Source of the DNA: an uncultured bacterium
GTDB lineage: Bacteria > Patescibacteriota > Patescibacteriia > Patescibacteriales > UBA12465
DNA: 64,000 nt
Direction: 5' to 3'
Assembly (NCBI GenBank): GCA_903945435.1
Contig: CAJAVM010000025.1
Location: 705 to 64,704 of the forward strand
In this document: in pieces, positions 41,027 to 52,117 of the stretch
Layout: the number at the start of each line of letters is the position of its first letter
How positions within the stretch are numbered: the stretch's first letter is position 1
Notes under the pieces: generated by a model
The model's database searches: none
Told to the model about the DNA's origin: nothing
What the model saw: the letters and a program-made list of their open reading frames with translations, nothing else
Translations under genes and position numbers: made by a program

Positions 41027-41056
41027 AAAAAAGAGTTGTTAACGCAACTCTTTTTT
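41027..41056. terminator. Bidirectional terminator
   Basis: AAAAAAGAGTTG-ttaacg-CAACTCTTTTTT. Confidence 0.85.
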
Positions 41057-41064
41057 ATTTCTTT

Positions 41065-44000
41065 TTACTCTATATTCCCCACAGGAATTTGACGGAGGCT
41101 ATCATTAATTATTCCTAGAGATAAAGTGCGCATTATCTGATATGCAGCCTCACCATCTGCTAAATAATATCTGTAACCATTCCGGGGATTTATATACCAG
41201 GCCTCACCGCGATTCTCTACCTGTAACAAAATACGGCCCTGCAAACGCTTCACAAGAGAATCAGAATATAGAGTTTTGCTCTGTACAAAATTACTTGGTA
41301 GAGCTGAATCAGGAGCTACTGGGATTTTATTTAAATCAGCATTAGTTATCCCTAAACCAAACTTACGTAGTGCTTCATAGGCTGTCGGACCGTCCGCTAA
41401 ATAATAACGAGATAGTGATACAGAGTCTAAATACCAAGCCTGGCCCAACTTCTCAACTTGCAACAAAATATATCCAGCTAATCTTTTCGCTAACCGACTA
41501 TTTATTTTTATAGACAGTAGGCTTTCTTCGTTCATAACATCTATTTTATCAACAGCAGAACTTGTGTTTCCAATGTTACCTTGCAAAGATTTAACCGTAA
41601 TTTCTGCCCTATTAACAAAAACATCTACAAAAGTAATCACAATATCATTTTTTTTGTCGCCATCTATATCAGCTTCTTTGCTTTCTCCTTTCTGTAAAAT
41701 CATAGTTTGCGGCTCAGATGAAATATCTATTGTGATGATATTCGAGGATAAATTTAAATCAGAGATTTTTAAACTATGATTACCTGGCATCCAATTATTA
41801 GAACTCTCTGGAGCCATAAAATTAGCCTGAGAATTCATATAAGCTAAAATATTCACTCCGCCAGCACTAAGTGGAGAAATAATTTGAGCTGTGTTCATAG
41901 GAATAGATACATCAAATACACCGCTTCCTGTAGCAGCAGGCAATGAAATTGGTGCGCTATTACTGCTGGCGACATCCACAGCAAACTGGGCCACAACAGA
42001 CAAGTTATTAGTTATATTAATATCTGTTCTAGATGGTGTCAGTAAATCATCGGACCATTTAACAAAATGATAGCCGGAATTCGATACTGCAATTACCGCT
42101 GAGCCATTAGCACCGCTAACGACTGACTGAGCAGAATCTCCATTTAAAGTTCCCCCGGATTCCGCACTATATGATAAGGAATAACGAATCTGCTCATTTA
42201 CTGTAATAGTTAAATCAAAAGTAGTGTTGCCACCCGTATTACTTGCAGTGACGGTATATACAGTAGCACTAGAAGTCGCAGTTGGTGTCCCCGAAATAAT
42301 ACCAGTAGAGGTGCTAATGGCTAAACCCATCGGCAAGCTAGGCGAAATTGAATAAGTTAGTTCTTCACCAGTTACGGTTGGAGAAAGCGAGGTAATAGCA
42401 ATGTTTTCAGTATAAATATTTGGCGAAGTGTAAGATAAAGAACTAGGAGCTATATTATTAACTGCAATGGCTATATCAAAAGACGTGCTTCCTCCATTAT
42501 TAGTAGCCGTTACGGTATAGGTAGCCAAACTAGAAGTCGCAGTCGGTGTTCCTGAAATAACGCCAGTATCAGTATTTAAAGATAACCCAACTGGTAAACT
42601 AGGCGAAACGGAATAAGTTAGTTCTTCTCCAGTTACAGTTGGAGAAAGTGGAGTGATAGTACTATTCTTAATATAAGTATTTGGTGAAGTATAGGATAAG
42701 GAACTAGGGACAATATTGTTAACAGCAATAGCTACACCAAAAGATGTACTTCCGCCATTATTAGTAGCGGTAACGGTATAGGTAGTTAAGCTAGAAGCTA
42801 TGGTTGGCGCTCCTGAAATAACTCCAGTATCAGTATTTAAAGATAATCCAGCTGGTAAACTAGGCGAAACGGAATAAGTAATTCCTAATCCAGTTACAGT
42901 TGGAGAAAGTGGAGTAATAGTACTATTTTTAGTAAAAGTATTTGGCGAAGTATAAGATAAAGAACTAGGGGCCGCTAAAATATTCTCCTTGATTTCAATA
43001 GCGTTTAACATACCATAACCCCATGCGGCAACTTTAGGAGCAATTGTAATTTCTATCTCACCACTAACAGGTACGATATTTGTAAACTCTACAGTATTAC
43101 TCAAATTAGCCTTAACAATTAATTCTTTAGTTGTGCTAGCTATAGTATAGTTAGTCATAGTGTTATTACCAGTAGCGCCAGACGCGGAGGTATAACCATA
43201 TAATTTAACATTATAAGTCTTGATAGCTTCTAGGCCATAAATCTTAACCTTAGCTGGAGTGGTCACAGATGAATAAATTTGGGCTTTATCCATAATAACT
43301 GTATCAGGATAAATTGCAGAATTACTACCAGTCGAAACTGACTGCAGACTACCATTTTTAAAAGGGGCAGTATTTGCAAGCGCAAGAGTAGAAATCTGAT
43401 TATCTGAATCTCTTAAATTTAATAAATCGCCACAAGCAACAGCAGAAGTATTACCAACTGTAAAATAATTCCAATTATAACTTGGGTGATTAGCTGACGG
43501 ATAAGCCTTAGTTGTTGTAGCATTACCACAAAGAGAATCTACTCCATTTACATTGACATACCAAGTACGAAGAGGAACAACTATAGCATCCAACCTATCT
43601 GAATAAGCGGTTTTTATTGAGGCGGGATTCGTAGTTAAAAGATTGACGTATGCACGAGCTACGTCTATATCTGATTTTCTTTTACTCACCTCAGCAGCAG
43701 ACACCAATGCATTCACGCGAGTAATATCATTTTTTGAATAAGAATTAATACCCCAATCAAGATTTATGAGTCCAGTTGTTTTATTATCGGTATGATGTGT
43801 AAAATCAACCCCGTAATCAATACTACTTATTGCCGAATCAGCCTCAACAAGCAAAGAAAGAGCATGGTTTTTTAAATTAGCCGGAACATTAGTTACGTCG
43901 ATAGTAATAGTTAACTGATTACCAACTAATTCATGGCTAATAACTGAAGCTTGTTTAACCATCATGTAATTATAAACTTCTTCCGCACCAGCTACCCAAA

Positions 44001-45051
44001 TATTATCAGCCCCAAAACGACCATACGTATTCTCTACGTGATCCATTAAACTTTTCCAACTATTCCAAGTTGTACCGCCATTCCAATCGGGATAATAAGT
44101 ACTAGTAGTAATTTGATGGGTAAAAGCCTGACTCCAATATTTCGAAGAACCAGAACTTAAAGAGGCTAATTCATCAACGTGATTAAAAAGACCATTAGGA
44201 AATTCTCCTCCGGCAAGATATCTATATTCATAATCAAACCAACGAGGCATGACATGACGATCACTACTAATTGTACTAGTAACATCCGTGAATTTAGGAG
44301 CATTTATAGTACTATTATCAAACGGAAAGACGTTATTTTGAGCATAAACGGCATTAAAATTATTATCAAATGCTGGTTGAATATAGTTATCATCTCCATT
44401 TGGTAAAATCACTTGAGACATAGTAAACGGGGTAGTAGTCGCTCCGCTATCATTTCGAAGCGTAATATGACTAGCGACATCAACATTAGATTGCGTTAAT
44501 TCATAATCATAATCTAGCGTTCCCGTAGCATGGCCGCCGGGGTCGCCAATATAATATACCTCCTCCGGATCCCCAACTGTAGCAGAGATATACCCATGAT
44601 TAAAAACATTCCAACCATTATCAACAGCGTCTTGCAATTGCGTCCAGGTTATATAGCTCGGAGTATTTACATGAATATCGGAATAGTTAGCATTTCTAGT
44701 ATAAAACGCATAACCGCCGCGAAAAGGAACATTGTTCCCAGCGCCATCTGTAAAATATAGCCCGCCAAAATATTGACCGAGGTAGCTAGAATAACCGCCA
44801 TTCATATACTTAAAGGCAACATCATACCCCCTAACAATACCGTCATCGAAAGAATAGCTCCATGCAAAATCTTTATTATATTTTAAATGAGCTTTGGTAA
44901 CGCTAACTGAGCCTGGCGTTGGAGGAGTAGCAAAAGTAACTATAATAGTTTTAATATCAGCAGCCTGAGCATAATCAACTGAAGTTGCAAAGCTTGCAAA
45001 AAGTAAATTACACAGCAAGAAGATGGCTAGATATTGCTTAAGTTTTATCAT
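41065..45051 (-). CDS. Giant secreted protein: NodB/CE4-like polysaccharide deacetylase, three putative-Ig repeats, InlB-B-like repeat, shared module, ILLQVE repeats
   Basis: Signal peptide; YSFDDG and FNHGY; LPAGLSLNTDTGVISGAPT-type repeats x3; GYHFVKWSD; two ILLQVE..G.AWY..RYYL repeats. Confidence 0.85.
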   Translation of the reverse strand: MIKLKQYLAIFLLCNLLFASFATSVDYAQAADIKTIIVTFATPPTPGSVSVTKAHLKYNKDFAWSYSFDDGIVRGYDVAFKYMNGGYSSYLGQYFGGLYFTDGAGNNVPFRGGYAFYTRNANYSDIHVNTPSYITWTQLQDAVDNGWNVFNHGYISATVGDPEEVYYIGDPGGHATGTLDYDYELTQSNVDVASHITLRNDSGATTTPFTMSQVILPNGDDNYIQPAFDNNFNAVYAQNNVFPFDNSTINAPKFTDVTSTISSDRHVMPRWFDYEYRYLAGGEFPNGLFNHVDELASLSSGSSKYWSQAFTHQITTSTYYPDWNGGTTWNSWKSLMDHVENTYGRFGADNIWVAGAEEVYNYMMVKQASVISHELVGNQLTITIDVTNVPANLKNHALSLLVEADSAISSIDYGVDFTHHTDNKTTGLINLDWGINSYSKNDITRVNALVSAAEVSKRKSDIDVARAYVNLLTTNPASIKTAYSDRLDAIVVPLRTWYVNVNGVDSLCGNATTTKAYPSANHPSYNWNYFTVGNTSAVACGDLLNLRDSDNQISTLALANTAPFKNGSLQSVSTGSNSAIYPDTVIMDKAQIYSSVTTPAKVKIYGLEAIKTYNVKLYGYTSASGATGNNTMTNYTIASTTKELIVKANLSNTVEFTNIVPVSGEIEITIAPKVAAWGYGMLNAIEIKENILAAPSSLSYTSPNTFTKNSTITPLSPTVTGLGITYSVSPSLPAGLSLNTDTGVISGAPTIASSLTTYTVTATNNGGSTSFGVAIAVNNIVPSSLSYTSPNTYIKNSTITPLSPTVTGEELTYSVSPSLPVGLSLNTDTGVISGTPTATSSLATYTVTATNNGGSTSFDIAIAVNNIAPSSLSYTSPNIYTENIAITSLSPTVTGEELTYSISPSLPMGLAISTSTGIISGTPTATSSATVYTVTASNTGGNTTFDLTITVNEQIRYSLSYSAESGGTLNGDSAQSVVSGANGSAVIAVSNSGYHFVKWSDDLLTPSRTDINITNNLSVVAQFAVDVASSNSAPISLPAATGSGVFDVSIPMNTAQIISPLSAGGVNILAYMNSQANFMAPESSNNWMPGNHSLKISDLNLSSNIITIDISSEPQTMILQKGESKEADIDGDKKNDIVITFVDVFVNRAEITVKSLQGNIGNTSSAVDKIDVMNEESLLSIKINSRLAKRLAGYILLQVEKLGQAWYLDSVSLSRYYLADGPTAYEALRKFGLGITNADLNKIPVAPDSALPSNFVQSKTLYSDSLVKRLQGRILLQVENRGEAWYINPRNGYRYYLADGEAAYQIMRTLSLGIINDSLRQIPVGNIE
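42188..42969. repeat. Intragenic 261-bp tandem repeat x3 (87-aa Ig-like units)
   Basis: GAACTAGG recurs at 42440, 42701 and 42962. Confidence 0.9.
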
Positions 45052-45061
45052 ATTTAGTCAA

Positions 45062-46264
45062 TTATTTTTTCTTGATTAGAATTTGAACATCATTAATATA
45101 GTCAGTTTCAAAACCTACTTCACAATAAATAAAGTAGTATAACCATTTTCTATAAAAATATTCATCGAATCCCAGTTGTTTAATTTCTTTTTCTCGAGCA
45201 ATAAAATTTTCCCTCCACTGATACAAAGTTTTAGCATAATCTTGGCCGATATAGTGAATATCGAGAATCTCTAATTTTAAACTAAAACTCTTTACTTGAA
45301 TTTGTTTTAAAGATAATAATTCTCCGCCAGGAAAAATATATTTCTTAATAAAGTTAGGGTCACGCAAATATTTTTGAAAGTGTTCATCGGGATAAGTAAT
45401 ACATTGCAAACACATCAAACCATCTTGCTTAATTAGTTTCTGACACTTACTTAAAAATAAAGGGACATATTCATAACCCAGAGCCTCCATCATCTCGATA
45501 GAAACAAGTTTATCAAAACTTCCCTCTAAATCACGATAATCACTTTTAATTAAGGTAATTTTATCTGCCAAATTTTCACTTTGAATAAGCGCCTCAACGT
45601 AAGCAAACTGCTCCTCAGAAATAGTAGTAATTGTTAGATGGCAACCATAATTTTTTGCAGCAAAAACAGCAAAACCGCCCCAGCCACAACCAATTTCTAA
45701 AACCTGGTCATCTTTATTCAATTTAATCTGTTCACAAATACGACGATATTTATTTTCTTGTGCTTCTTTTAAGCTATTACCCTTACGAAAAATCGCTGAG
45801 GAATAAGTCATGGTTTCATCTAGCCATAAACGATAAAAATCATTTGAAACATCATAGTGGGCACGAATATTATTTTTGCTTCCAGTCTTAGTATTTTTAT
45901 TACGCCAGTGTTCAACTTTTAGTCTCAAGTTAGCAAATTGAAATAAAGTAGATAAAATATTATTATCTCTAAATCCTGGTAACAACTCTTTATTTTGAAC
46001 AAACCACAACAAAACCTTTTTTAAATCAGGGGTAGTGAATTCTCCGAATAAAAAAGCTTCTCCAAAACCGGTATCACTAAATAAAATCACTCTCTTAAAA
46101 AAATTTTTATCTATTACTGTAATCCGCGCTAATGAGACCATACTTTGATTAGAATCATTACTCTGATTCTCGCCAAAAACATATTTACGATTATTAAACT
46201 CTAGCTCTAAAATTCCTCTAAATTTTTGATGTTTAAAAAATGTTAAAAATATTTTCCTATACAT
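45062..46264 (-). CDS. cfa: Cyclopropane-fatty-acyl-phospholipid synthase-family methyltransferase
   Basis: HYDVSNDFY, MTYSSA, LEIGCGWG, SIEMMEA, YIFPGG. Confidence 0.92.
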   Translation of the reverse strand: MYRKIFLTFFKHQKFRGILELEFNNRKYVFGENQSNDSNQSMVSLARITVIDKNFFKRVILFSDTGFGEAFLFGEFTTPDLKKVLLWFVQNKELLPGFRDNNILSTLFQFANLRLKVEHWRNKNTKTGSKNNIRAHYDVSNDFYRLWLDETMTYSSAIFRKGNSLKEAQENKYRRICEQIKLNKDDQVLEIGCGWGGFAVFAAKNYGCHLTITTISEEQFAYVEALIQSENLADKITLIKSDYRDLEGSFDKLVSIEMMEALGYEYVPLFLSKCQKLIKQDGLMCLQCITYPDEHFQKYLRDPNFIKKYIFPGGELLSLKQIQVKSFSLKLEILDIHYIGQDYAKTLYQWRENFIAREKEIKQLGFDEYFYRKWLYYFIYCEVGFETDYINDVQILIKKK

Positions 46265-46271
46265 ATCTTTG

Positions 46272-47114
46272 CTACTCTTTTTTGTTAATTTTTCTTACTA
46301 TTTTTTCATCAGTCTCATCTTTACGATAAAATTTTACTTTTTTCAGGAATAACTTTAGAGCTTGATAATGAATTAAGATAATTGCCATTAAAGTTATCAT
46401 TGGATATCTTAGCATAACCCATATTAAACTGGAATTACTTAATTCTTTTCTGTTTCCTGTAAAAACAGTATGCAATTCTACTTCATCGTTTTTAACAGAA
46501 TCAATCGCCATCATTATTTTATCCCCAGGAACCTTAAACTTCCAATGCAGGTTGTTATCATAGTTGATAAAAGGTGAAATATAATAATTTTTCCTCTGGT
46601 TATCAGAAAATATTTCTGCGTCCGAATTATTAATTTTACAATAATACATTTTCTGATCGCCAAAAGTATTACTCACCTCGCTAAACATCGCCTTAAATTT
46701 ACCCGTCTTATCAAAACAATAATAAAAACTAACCGGATTAAATATATAACCAAAGTTTCTCAAACTTGTTAGAAGATAAACTTTATCAAGCTCAAACCCA
46801 AGCTTAAGCTCACCAATTAAAATTTTTAAACGCGCTTTAGTATTATTATTTAAGTATTTAGTCGCCTCAAAATTAGTAGTTTCTCGAGCGATGACTTCAG
46901 CATTACGACTTTTTTGTGAAACAAATTTAAAATGATCTTTATCAAAAAAACTAAGAGCATTCCATTTATTATATCCAAACAAAAACAACGCATGAGAAAG
47001 GTTTTCTAATTCATCCAAATCTAAATACACCATGTAAATTGAATATTTGAAAGAATTATTTCGCGGTTCCTGGCGTTTATGGATTAATTTTAAAGTATAA
47101 AGACAGGAATTCAT
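46272..47114 (-). CDS. DUF1365 family protein
   Basis: LDLDEL, FNPVSFYYC, EVSNTF, ISPF, IHYQALKL. Confidence 0.9.
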   Translation of the reverse strand: MNSCLYTLKLIHKRQEPRNNSFKYSIYMVYLDLDELENLSHALFLFGYNKWNALSFFDKDHFKFVSQKSRNAEVIARETTNFEATKYLNNNTKARLKILIGELKLGFELDKVYLLTSLRNFGYIFNPVSFYYCFDKTGKFKAMFSEVSNTFGDQKMYYCKINNSDAEIFSDNQRKNYYISPFINYDNNLHWKFKVPGDKIMMAIDSVKNDEVELHTVFTGNRKELSNSSLIWVMLRYPMITLMAIILIHYQALKLFLKKVKFYRKDETDEKIVRKINKKE

Positions 47115-48367
47115 TTGCTTAATTTATTATTTTTTAAAATATCAACTACCTGCAAACCAGCCTTAATGCCATCTTCATGAAAACCATAACCAAAATAAGC
47201 GCCAGCAAAAAATATTCTAGTATCTTTATTTAATTCGGGTAATATTTTTTGAAGGGCAAAATTCTCTACAGTAAATAAAGGGTGATCGTAAATCAACTCT
47301 TTAACAATCTTCTTCTTATCTATTTCTTGAAAGGGATTAATAGAAACAAAATAATTAGTCTTGGTGTTAGGATGTTGTAATTCATTCATCCAATAGACTG
47401 TCGAAGATTGGCCATTCTCGCGATTAATAATGTGATTCCAGGAAGCCCAAGCATTTCTAATGGTTGGCATCACTGAAATATCCGTATGCAAAACAGCACG
47501 ATTACTACTATAACTAAATTTTTCCAACAATTGTCTTTTTTCAGAAGACAGTTCAGTCGCTAATTTCAAGCTCTCATCGGAATGGCTAGCTAAAATTACA
47601 TAATCAAAATCATAGCTTCCCTTTTCAGTAATTAACTGTACCCCATTTATAGTTTCTTTAACTTTCAAGGCGGCCTCCTTTAAATAAATATTAAAATTAC
47701 CTTGGTCAACTATTTTTTTAGTATACTCATTAGAACCACCTTTAACGGTATACCATTGAAACTGTCGATTAACACCGAGCAACCCATGATTATAGAAAAA
47801 TGGGATTATCAAAGAGATCGGTAAATCATAAGCGCTATGATGAGGCGTTGACCAGACCGCGGATGACATCGGAGCTAAATAATTATCTAAAAAATAGTGA
47901 GATAATTTTTTTCGCTCACAATATTGACTAATTGTTTCCTCACTTCCCCTAATAGATTCGCGCTCTTCTAGGGCCATCTTAAAAAATTTATTTATTTCAA
48001 ATAGAAACTTCCAATATTTTGGAGAAAGTAAGTTTTTTGGCTGAGAAAAAAGATGCAATAAACTGCTTCCAGAGTACTGAAGACCGGTCTTCTGATTATA
48101 TACCGCGAACGACATACTACTTTTTTGCTTTTCAACCCCTAATTCACTAAATAATTTAAGCAAGCTACCGTAAGTATGGAGATTAAAAACAATGAACCCC
48201 GTATCAATAGTAAACTTGCGTCCGTTATCTTCAAACTGATGAGTATGAGTATGCCCTCCTAAATAATCATTCTTATCAAAAATAGAGATTTCATAATCAT
48301 TACGCAAATAATGCGCACAAGTCATAGCTGAAATACCGGAGCCAATAATAGCTAGTTTCTTTTTCAT
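47111..48367 (-). CDS. FAD-dependent oxidoreductase, flavin amine-oxidase family (COG2907 type)
   Basis: GSGIS, LGGHTHT, DTGFIVFN, GYGFHEDG. Confidence 0.92.
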   Translation of the reverse strand: MKKKLAIIGSGISAMTCAHYLRNDYEISIFDKNDYLGGHTHTHQFEDNGRKFTIDTGFIVFNLHTYGSLLKLFSELGVEKQKSSMSFAVYNQKTGLQYSGSSLLHLFSQPKNLLSPKYWKFLFEINKFFKMALEERESIRGSEETISQYCERKKLSHYFLDNYLAPMSSAVWSTPHHSAYDLPISLIIPFFYNHGLLGVNRQFQWYTVKGGSNEYTKKIVDQGNFNIYLKEAALKVKETINGVQLITEKGSYDFDYVILASHSDESLKLATELSSEKRQLLEKFSYSSNRAVLHTDISVMPTIRNAWASWNHIINRENGQSSTVYWMNELQHPNTKTNYFVSINPFQEIDKKKIVKELIYDHPLFTVENFALQKILPELNKDTRIFFAGAYFGYGFHEDGIKAGLQVVDILKNNKLSK

Positions 48368-48374
48368 ATAACAA

Positions 48375-49139
48375 TTATTTAATCAAAAAGTTAGGCAACA
48401 TCGGCGGAGTTTTAGCGGCATATTCTTGAAATTCTAAATTTTCTTTATATCTTGCTTCGGCAAGTGGAACTCCAGAAACAAAACGTAGTAATAAAGTTAT
48501 TGTTATGGGTCCAATCAGACCAAGATAGAAATAATCAACTCCCCAAGTTACCAACCAAAGACCCCACCACAAAACCGCTTCGCCGAAATAATTAGGATGA
48601 CGAGTATATTTCCATAAGCCACTAGTCATAATCTTACCTTTATTTTCTTCCTGGCTAATAAATTTCTTCAATTGCTGGTCGCCAATAATCTCAAAACTCA
48701 GCCCAAAAGCCCAAATGATAATTCCCAAAAAATTAATCAGGATAGGATCACTATTATCAAAGCTGGTAACAACAATAAGACTAGAGGCTACTAATAATAG
48801 AGTAACTCCTTGTAACATAAATACTCGTAACCAAGAATTTAAGATAGAAAAGCTCTTCCAACTAGTACGCATATTTTGATAGCGCTTATCCTCTTCGTTA
48901 CTCTTTAAAAATCTGCGGCCAATATGATAAGCTAGGCGAAATCCCCAGAATGCAACCATAAAAGATATTAATAATACTCTAGGAGTTGGGTTAGAAAACC
49001 AACCAATCAATATTATTAAAACAAACCCCAGTCCCCAAGCGACATCAGCAATATCATTCCTTTTTTTAATTACTGCTATAACAAACCAAAAATTAATAAA
49101 AATGAACAAGGAGACGACCTGTAACCAAAAAGTATTCAT
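48375..49139 (-). CDS. DUF1295 (steroid 5-alpha-reductase-like) membrane protein
   Basis: [24 protein letters not shown]; start taken as ATG 49139. Confidence 0.92.
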   Translation of the reverse strand: MNTFWLQVVSLFIFINFWFVIAVIKKRNDIADVAWGLGFVLIILIGWFSNPTPRVLLISFMVAFWGFRLAYHIGRRFLKSNEEDKRYQNMRTSWKSFSILNSWLRVFMLQGVTLLLVASSLIVVTSFDNSDPILINFLGIIIWAFGLSFEIIGDQQLKKFISQEENKGKIMTSGLWKYTRHPNYFGEAVLWWGLWLVTWGVDYFYLGLIGPITITLLLRFVSGVPLAEARYKENLEFQEYAAKTPPMLPNFLIK

Positions 49140-49144
49140 AATTA

Positions 49145-49552
49145 TTACATTATATTTTTCGCAATAAAATACGTTACCACAGAGACTGATGAGGACAAGA
49201 CAATTCCCCAAATAATATCGATAATCACTATTTTCCAGGGCCAATCTTTCAAAACCGCTAAACTTGTTAAATCAAAAGTCATATAAGTGAAGAAGCCAAA
49301 CAACGCCCCATACAAAAGGGCATACGACCAAGAATTATTTTTCATTGCTGGCGAAATAACAAAAATAACTAGACCGATAATAAAAAGTAAATAAAACAGC
49401 ACGGCTACTGGCCAATTAGGCATTGGCCTCATTAAGTGACCCATGTGTTTCTGATATAAATCTTTAGCGATTACTCCCAGCCAAGTTAAATCAATAATGA
49501 AAAAAATAGGAACAGCTATTAAATAAAGCTTTACAAAGTTAATTACTGACAT
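49145..49552 (-). CDS. DUF2177 family membrane protein
   Basis: [19 protein letters not shown]. Confidence 0.88.
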   Translation of the reverse strand: MSVINFVKLYLIAVPIFFIIDLTWLGVIAKDLYQKHMGHLMRPMPNWPVAVLFYLLFIIGLVIFVISPAMKNNSWSYALLYGALFGFFTYMTFDLTSLAVLKDWPWKIVIIDIIWGIVLSSSVSVVTYFIAKNIM

Positions 49553-49566
49553 AAATGTATTTTTAA

Positions 49567-50070
49567 TTAGTTAATTTTATCTAATATTTTATTATCAACT
49601 AAATATTCTTCAATTTCTTCAGGCGTTACCATCGGCGCAAAACGTTTAAGAGGCTTCCCTGAGCGGTCTATTAAAAACTTAGTAAAATTCCATTTAACGC
49701 GTCCGCCTAATATTTCTGATAATTCTTTTTTTAAATAAACAAATAATGGATGTGCCTCCGAACCATTAACTTTTATCTTCTTAAAAATTGGGAAACTGAC
49801 TCCGTAGTTAAGCTTACAAAAAGAAACAATTTCTTCTTCGCTCCCCGGCTCTTGTCCGGCAAATTGATTACACGGGAAGGCTAAAATAATAAAACCTTGA
49901 TTATTATAATCTTGATATAACTTCTCTAACCCAGCGTATTGTTTAGTAAATCCACATTTGCTAGCCGTATTAACAACCAGAACTACTTTATCCCGATAAT
50001 CGGACATATTAAGCACTTGGCCATTAGCGGCTTCCGCTATAAAATCATAAAAATTAATCATATACTTCAT
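49567..50070 (-). CDS. Glutathione peroxidase family protein
   Basis: [24 protein letters not shown]. Confidence 0.95.
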   Translation of the reverse strand: MKYMINFYDFIAEAANGQVLNMSDYRDKVVLVVNTASKCGFTKQYAGLEKLYQDYNNQGFIILAFPCNQFAGQEPGSEEEIVSFCKLNYGVSFPIFKKIKVNGSEAHPLFVYLKKELSEILGGRVKWNFTKFLIDRSGKPLKRFAPMVTPEEIEEYLVDNKILDKIN

Positions 50071-50104
50071 TATAACTCAAAAGCTAGAATATAAACATAA
50101 TCCA

Positions 50105-51631
50105 TTATTCTGCGCTATTTTCAGGTATCGCTAAAATCAAAATCAAATCCCATTTAATTTCTATCAACTGCAGAGCCTTATATCGAGAAACATTGAAGGA
50201 CTTCCAAGAATAGCCAGAAGAATATTCATAATAACTTTTTAAAGCAATGGCAACTTCTTTTGATAACTCCCGACCGTCCTTATCCTTTACCCCTGGAATT
50301 TCCAATAAGGACATAAGCCTAGGAACGGCATCAGCTGATAAAGACGCGAGATAGGTAGTATCTAATACGCCACTTTTTGCGAATTGATTGATATTTTGTT
50401 TAGTAACAAAGGCGTCGGGATTAATTAAATTAAATAAAATAAAAAAGGTGGTAATAGATAAAAATAGTCCAAAAATAAAAGAGCGGTCGTTAACATTTTT
50501 TATGATTTTACAACCCAACCAAAGGAATACGGCGGCTAACCAAATAATAAAGGCCTGTACTAAAATGCGGTCTAGAGTAAAGCCATATGCCTGTTCATAA
50601 ATCCCTAGTCTCATAAATGCTGACGCCATAATCACTAAAATTAACAGCACTAGAATACTCGTTAGAATTTTAAATACATTACTTGGTCTATCCTCGGTAC
50701 GTTCAATATATTTTTCCGCCAAAAAAATCAAACTAAAAGTAAGCAAAGCAACAGCAATTAGTTCGCCAAATCCTTTATGAGCATATTCCGCATATGTATA
50801 ACCCAATTTTGTTATAGCGTCATGACCAGCAAATAAATATTTGATTTGAATTACCACAAAGGTGAGAAATAAAGCACTCAATGTCGCAAATAATATACCG
50901 GCTTCAATGTTGCCAAACTTGTAGCTTCTAACCATCGGGAGGGGCGAAATATTATCTTGTGAACTAACATTTTCTAAAATATAAATATAAGCCCCAAACC
51001 ACAATATAGTAAAAATAAGGGTCAGCCAAATTTGAGTCGCCACATCAGGATTAACGCTGAAGTTAATATTAAATATACCGGCTACAAACTTGTTAAATAC
51101 TAAATCTGCTGATGAAAACAAAAAGAAAAAGAAGAGTGCAATAGGAAGAGTAATCAAAATACCTTTAACAATTTGTGAAGTTTGTTTCTTTCTTGAAGAA
51201 ATTTTTACCGAAGAAATCATGCGCCCAAAAGCGGTAAAAGATTTACCGAGCATATTAAAAGGTAAATGCACAATTGTTTTAAGATAATCAAAAAACAAAT
51301 ACTGTCTTATTTTAAAACCAATTGTATTTCGAGCTAATAACAGTAAAAAGCCAAAAGTTAATACAATATTCCAGAAACGCAAAAATTCATTTTCTCTCAC
51401 CCCAACCATCGCTGCAAAAAATAAGATTACCGGTAAAAACCAAAGTCCGGCCTTATTAAAAGAAATTTTAAATAAGAAAAGAAAACCGAATAGGCCAGTA
51501 CACAACAATATTACATATATTAAAAATGATATCCCAGCGAGCTGATTATAAAATAAATAATTAAAAATGAGCCCCAATAACAAGGACACCATTCCAACAA
51601 TATAAAGTTTTTTTGTAGAAATCGTATTCAT
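50105..51631 (-). CDS. DUF4153/DUF4173 membrane protein
   Basis: LFSSADLVF, YAEYAHKGFGEL, YGFT..R, YLASLSADAVP. Confidence 0.85.
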   Translation of the reverse strand: MNTISTKKLYIVGMVSLLLGLIFNYLFYNQLAGISFLIYVILLCTGLFGFLFLFKISFNKAGLWFLPVILFFAAMVGVRENEFLRFWNIVLTFGFLLLLARNTIGFKIRQYLFFDYLKTIVHLPFNMLGKSFTAFGRMISSVKISSRKKQTSQIVKGILITLPIALFFFFLFSSADLVFNKFVAGIFNINFSVNPDVATQIWLTLIFTILWFGAYIYILENVSSQDNISPLPMVRSYKFGNIEAGILFATLSALFLTFVVIQIKYLFAGHDAITKLGYTYAEYAHKGFGELIAVALLTFSLIFLAEKYIERTEDRPSNVFKILTSILVLLILVIMASAFMRLGIYEQAYGFTLDRILVQAFIIWLAAVFLWLGCKIIKNVNDRSFIFGLFLSITTFFILFNLINPDAFVTKQNINQFAKSGVLDTTYLASLSADAVPRLMSLLEIPGVKDKDGRELSKEVAIALKSYYEYSSGYSWKSFNVSRYKALQLIEIKWDLILILAIPENSAE

Positions 51632-51632
51632 A

Positions 51633-51878
51633 TTAATAATTATTATATGTTTTATCCGATCTTCTCTCGATAGTTAAAATAGAATATTGGCCATCATCTT
51701 GTTTTTTAAAAATAATTCTTAACTTTCCTTTTCTAATACGAAAAATGTTATCACAGTTTTTTAGTTTTTTTAGGTCCAATCCAAATAAAGATTCCTCCTT
51801 TATTTTTAAAAGGATGTTTTTAATTATCTCTTTTTCCTTAGAGGATAAATTTTGTAATGCTTTAGCAATCTTATCCAT
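51633..51878 (-). CDS. RelE/ParE-family toxin
   Basis: Basic 81 aa; LKKL, FRIRKGKLRIIF, RR...Y C-terminus. Confidence 0.8.
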   Translation of the reverse strand: MDKIAKALQNLSSKEKEIIKNILLKIKEESLFGLDLKKLKNCDNIFRIRKGKLRIIFKKQDDGQYSILTIERRSDKTYNNY

Positions 51879-51882
51879 AGCA

Positions 51883-52098
51883 TTACAAAGATGCTAAAAG
51901 TTCATCAATATTAACACCTCCCTTTTTAATTTTAGTGAAATTAATAACTTCCTCCCAACTATTATCTTCATCTATGGGGGTTAATTTAAAAAGCGGCTTG
52001 CTTTGTTTCAAAACAATAAAAGATTTTCCAGCTTTTACTTCATTAGCATATTTATCCATATTAAGTCGTAAATCTTTTAGGGCAACCAGGTTTTCCAT
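51883..52098 (-). CDS. Phd/YefM-family antitoxin
   Basis: LKDLR.N..KY...V..G.SFIVLKQSKP; directly upstream of the toxin. Confidence 0.8.
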   Translation of the reverse strand: MENLVALKDLRLNMDKYANEVKAGKSFIVLKQSKPLFKLTPIDEDNSWEEVINFTKIKKGGVNIDELLASL

Positions 52099-52117
52099 AC
52101 ATTTTTATTTAATAAAT

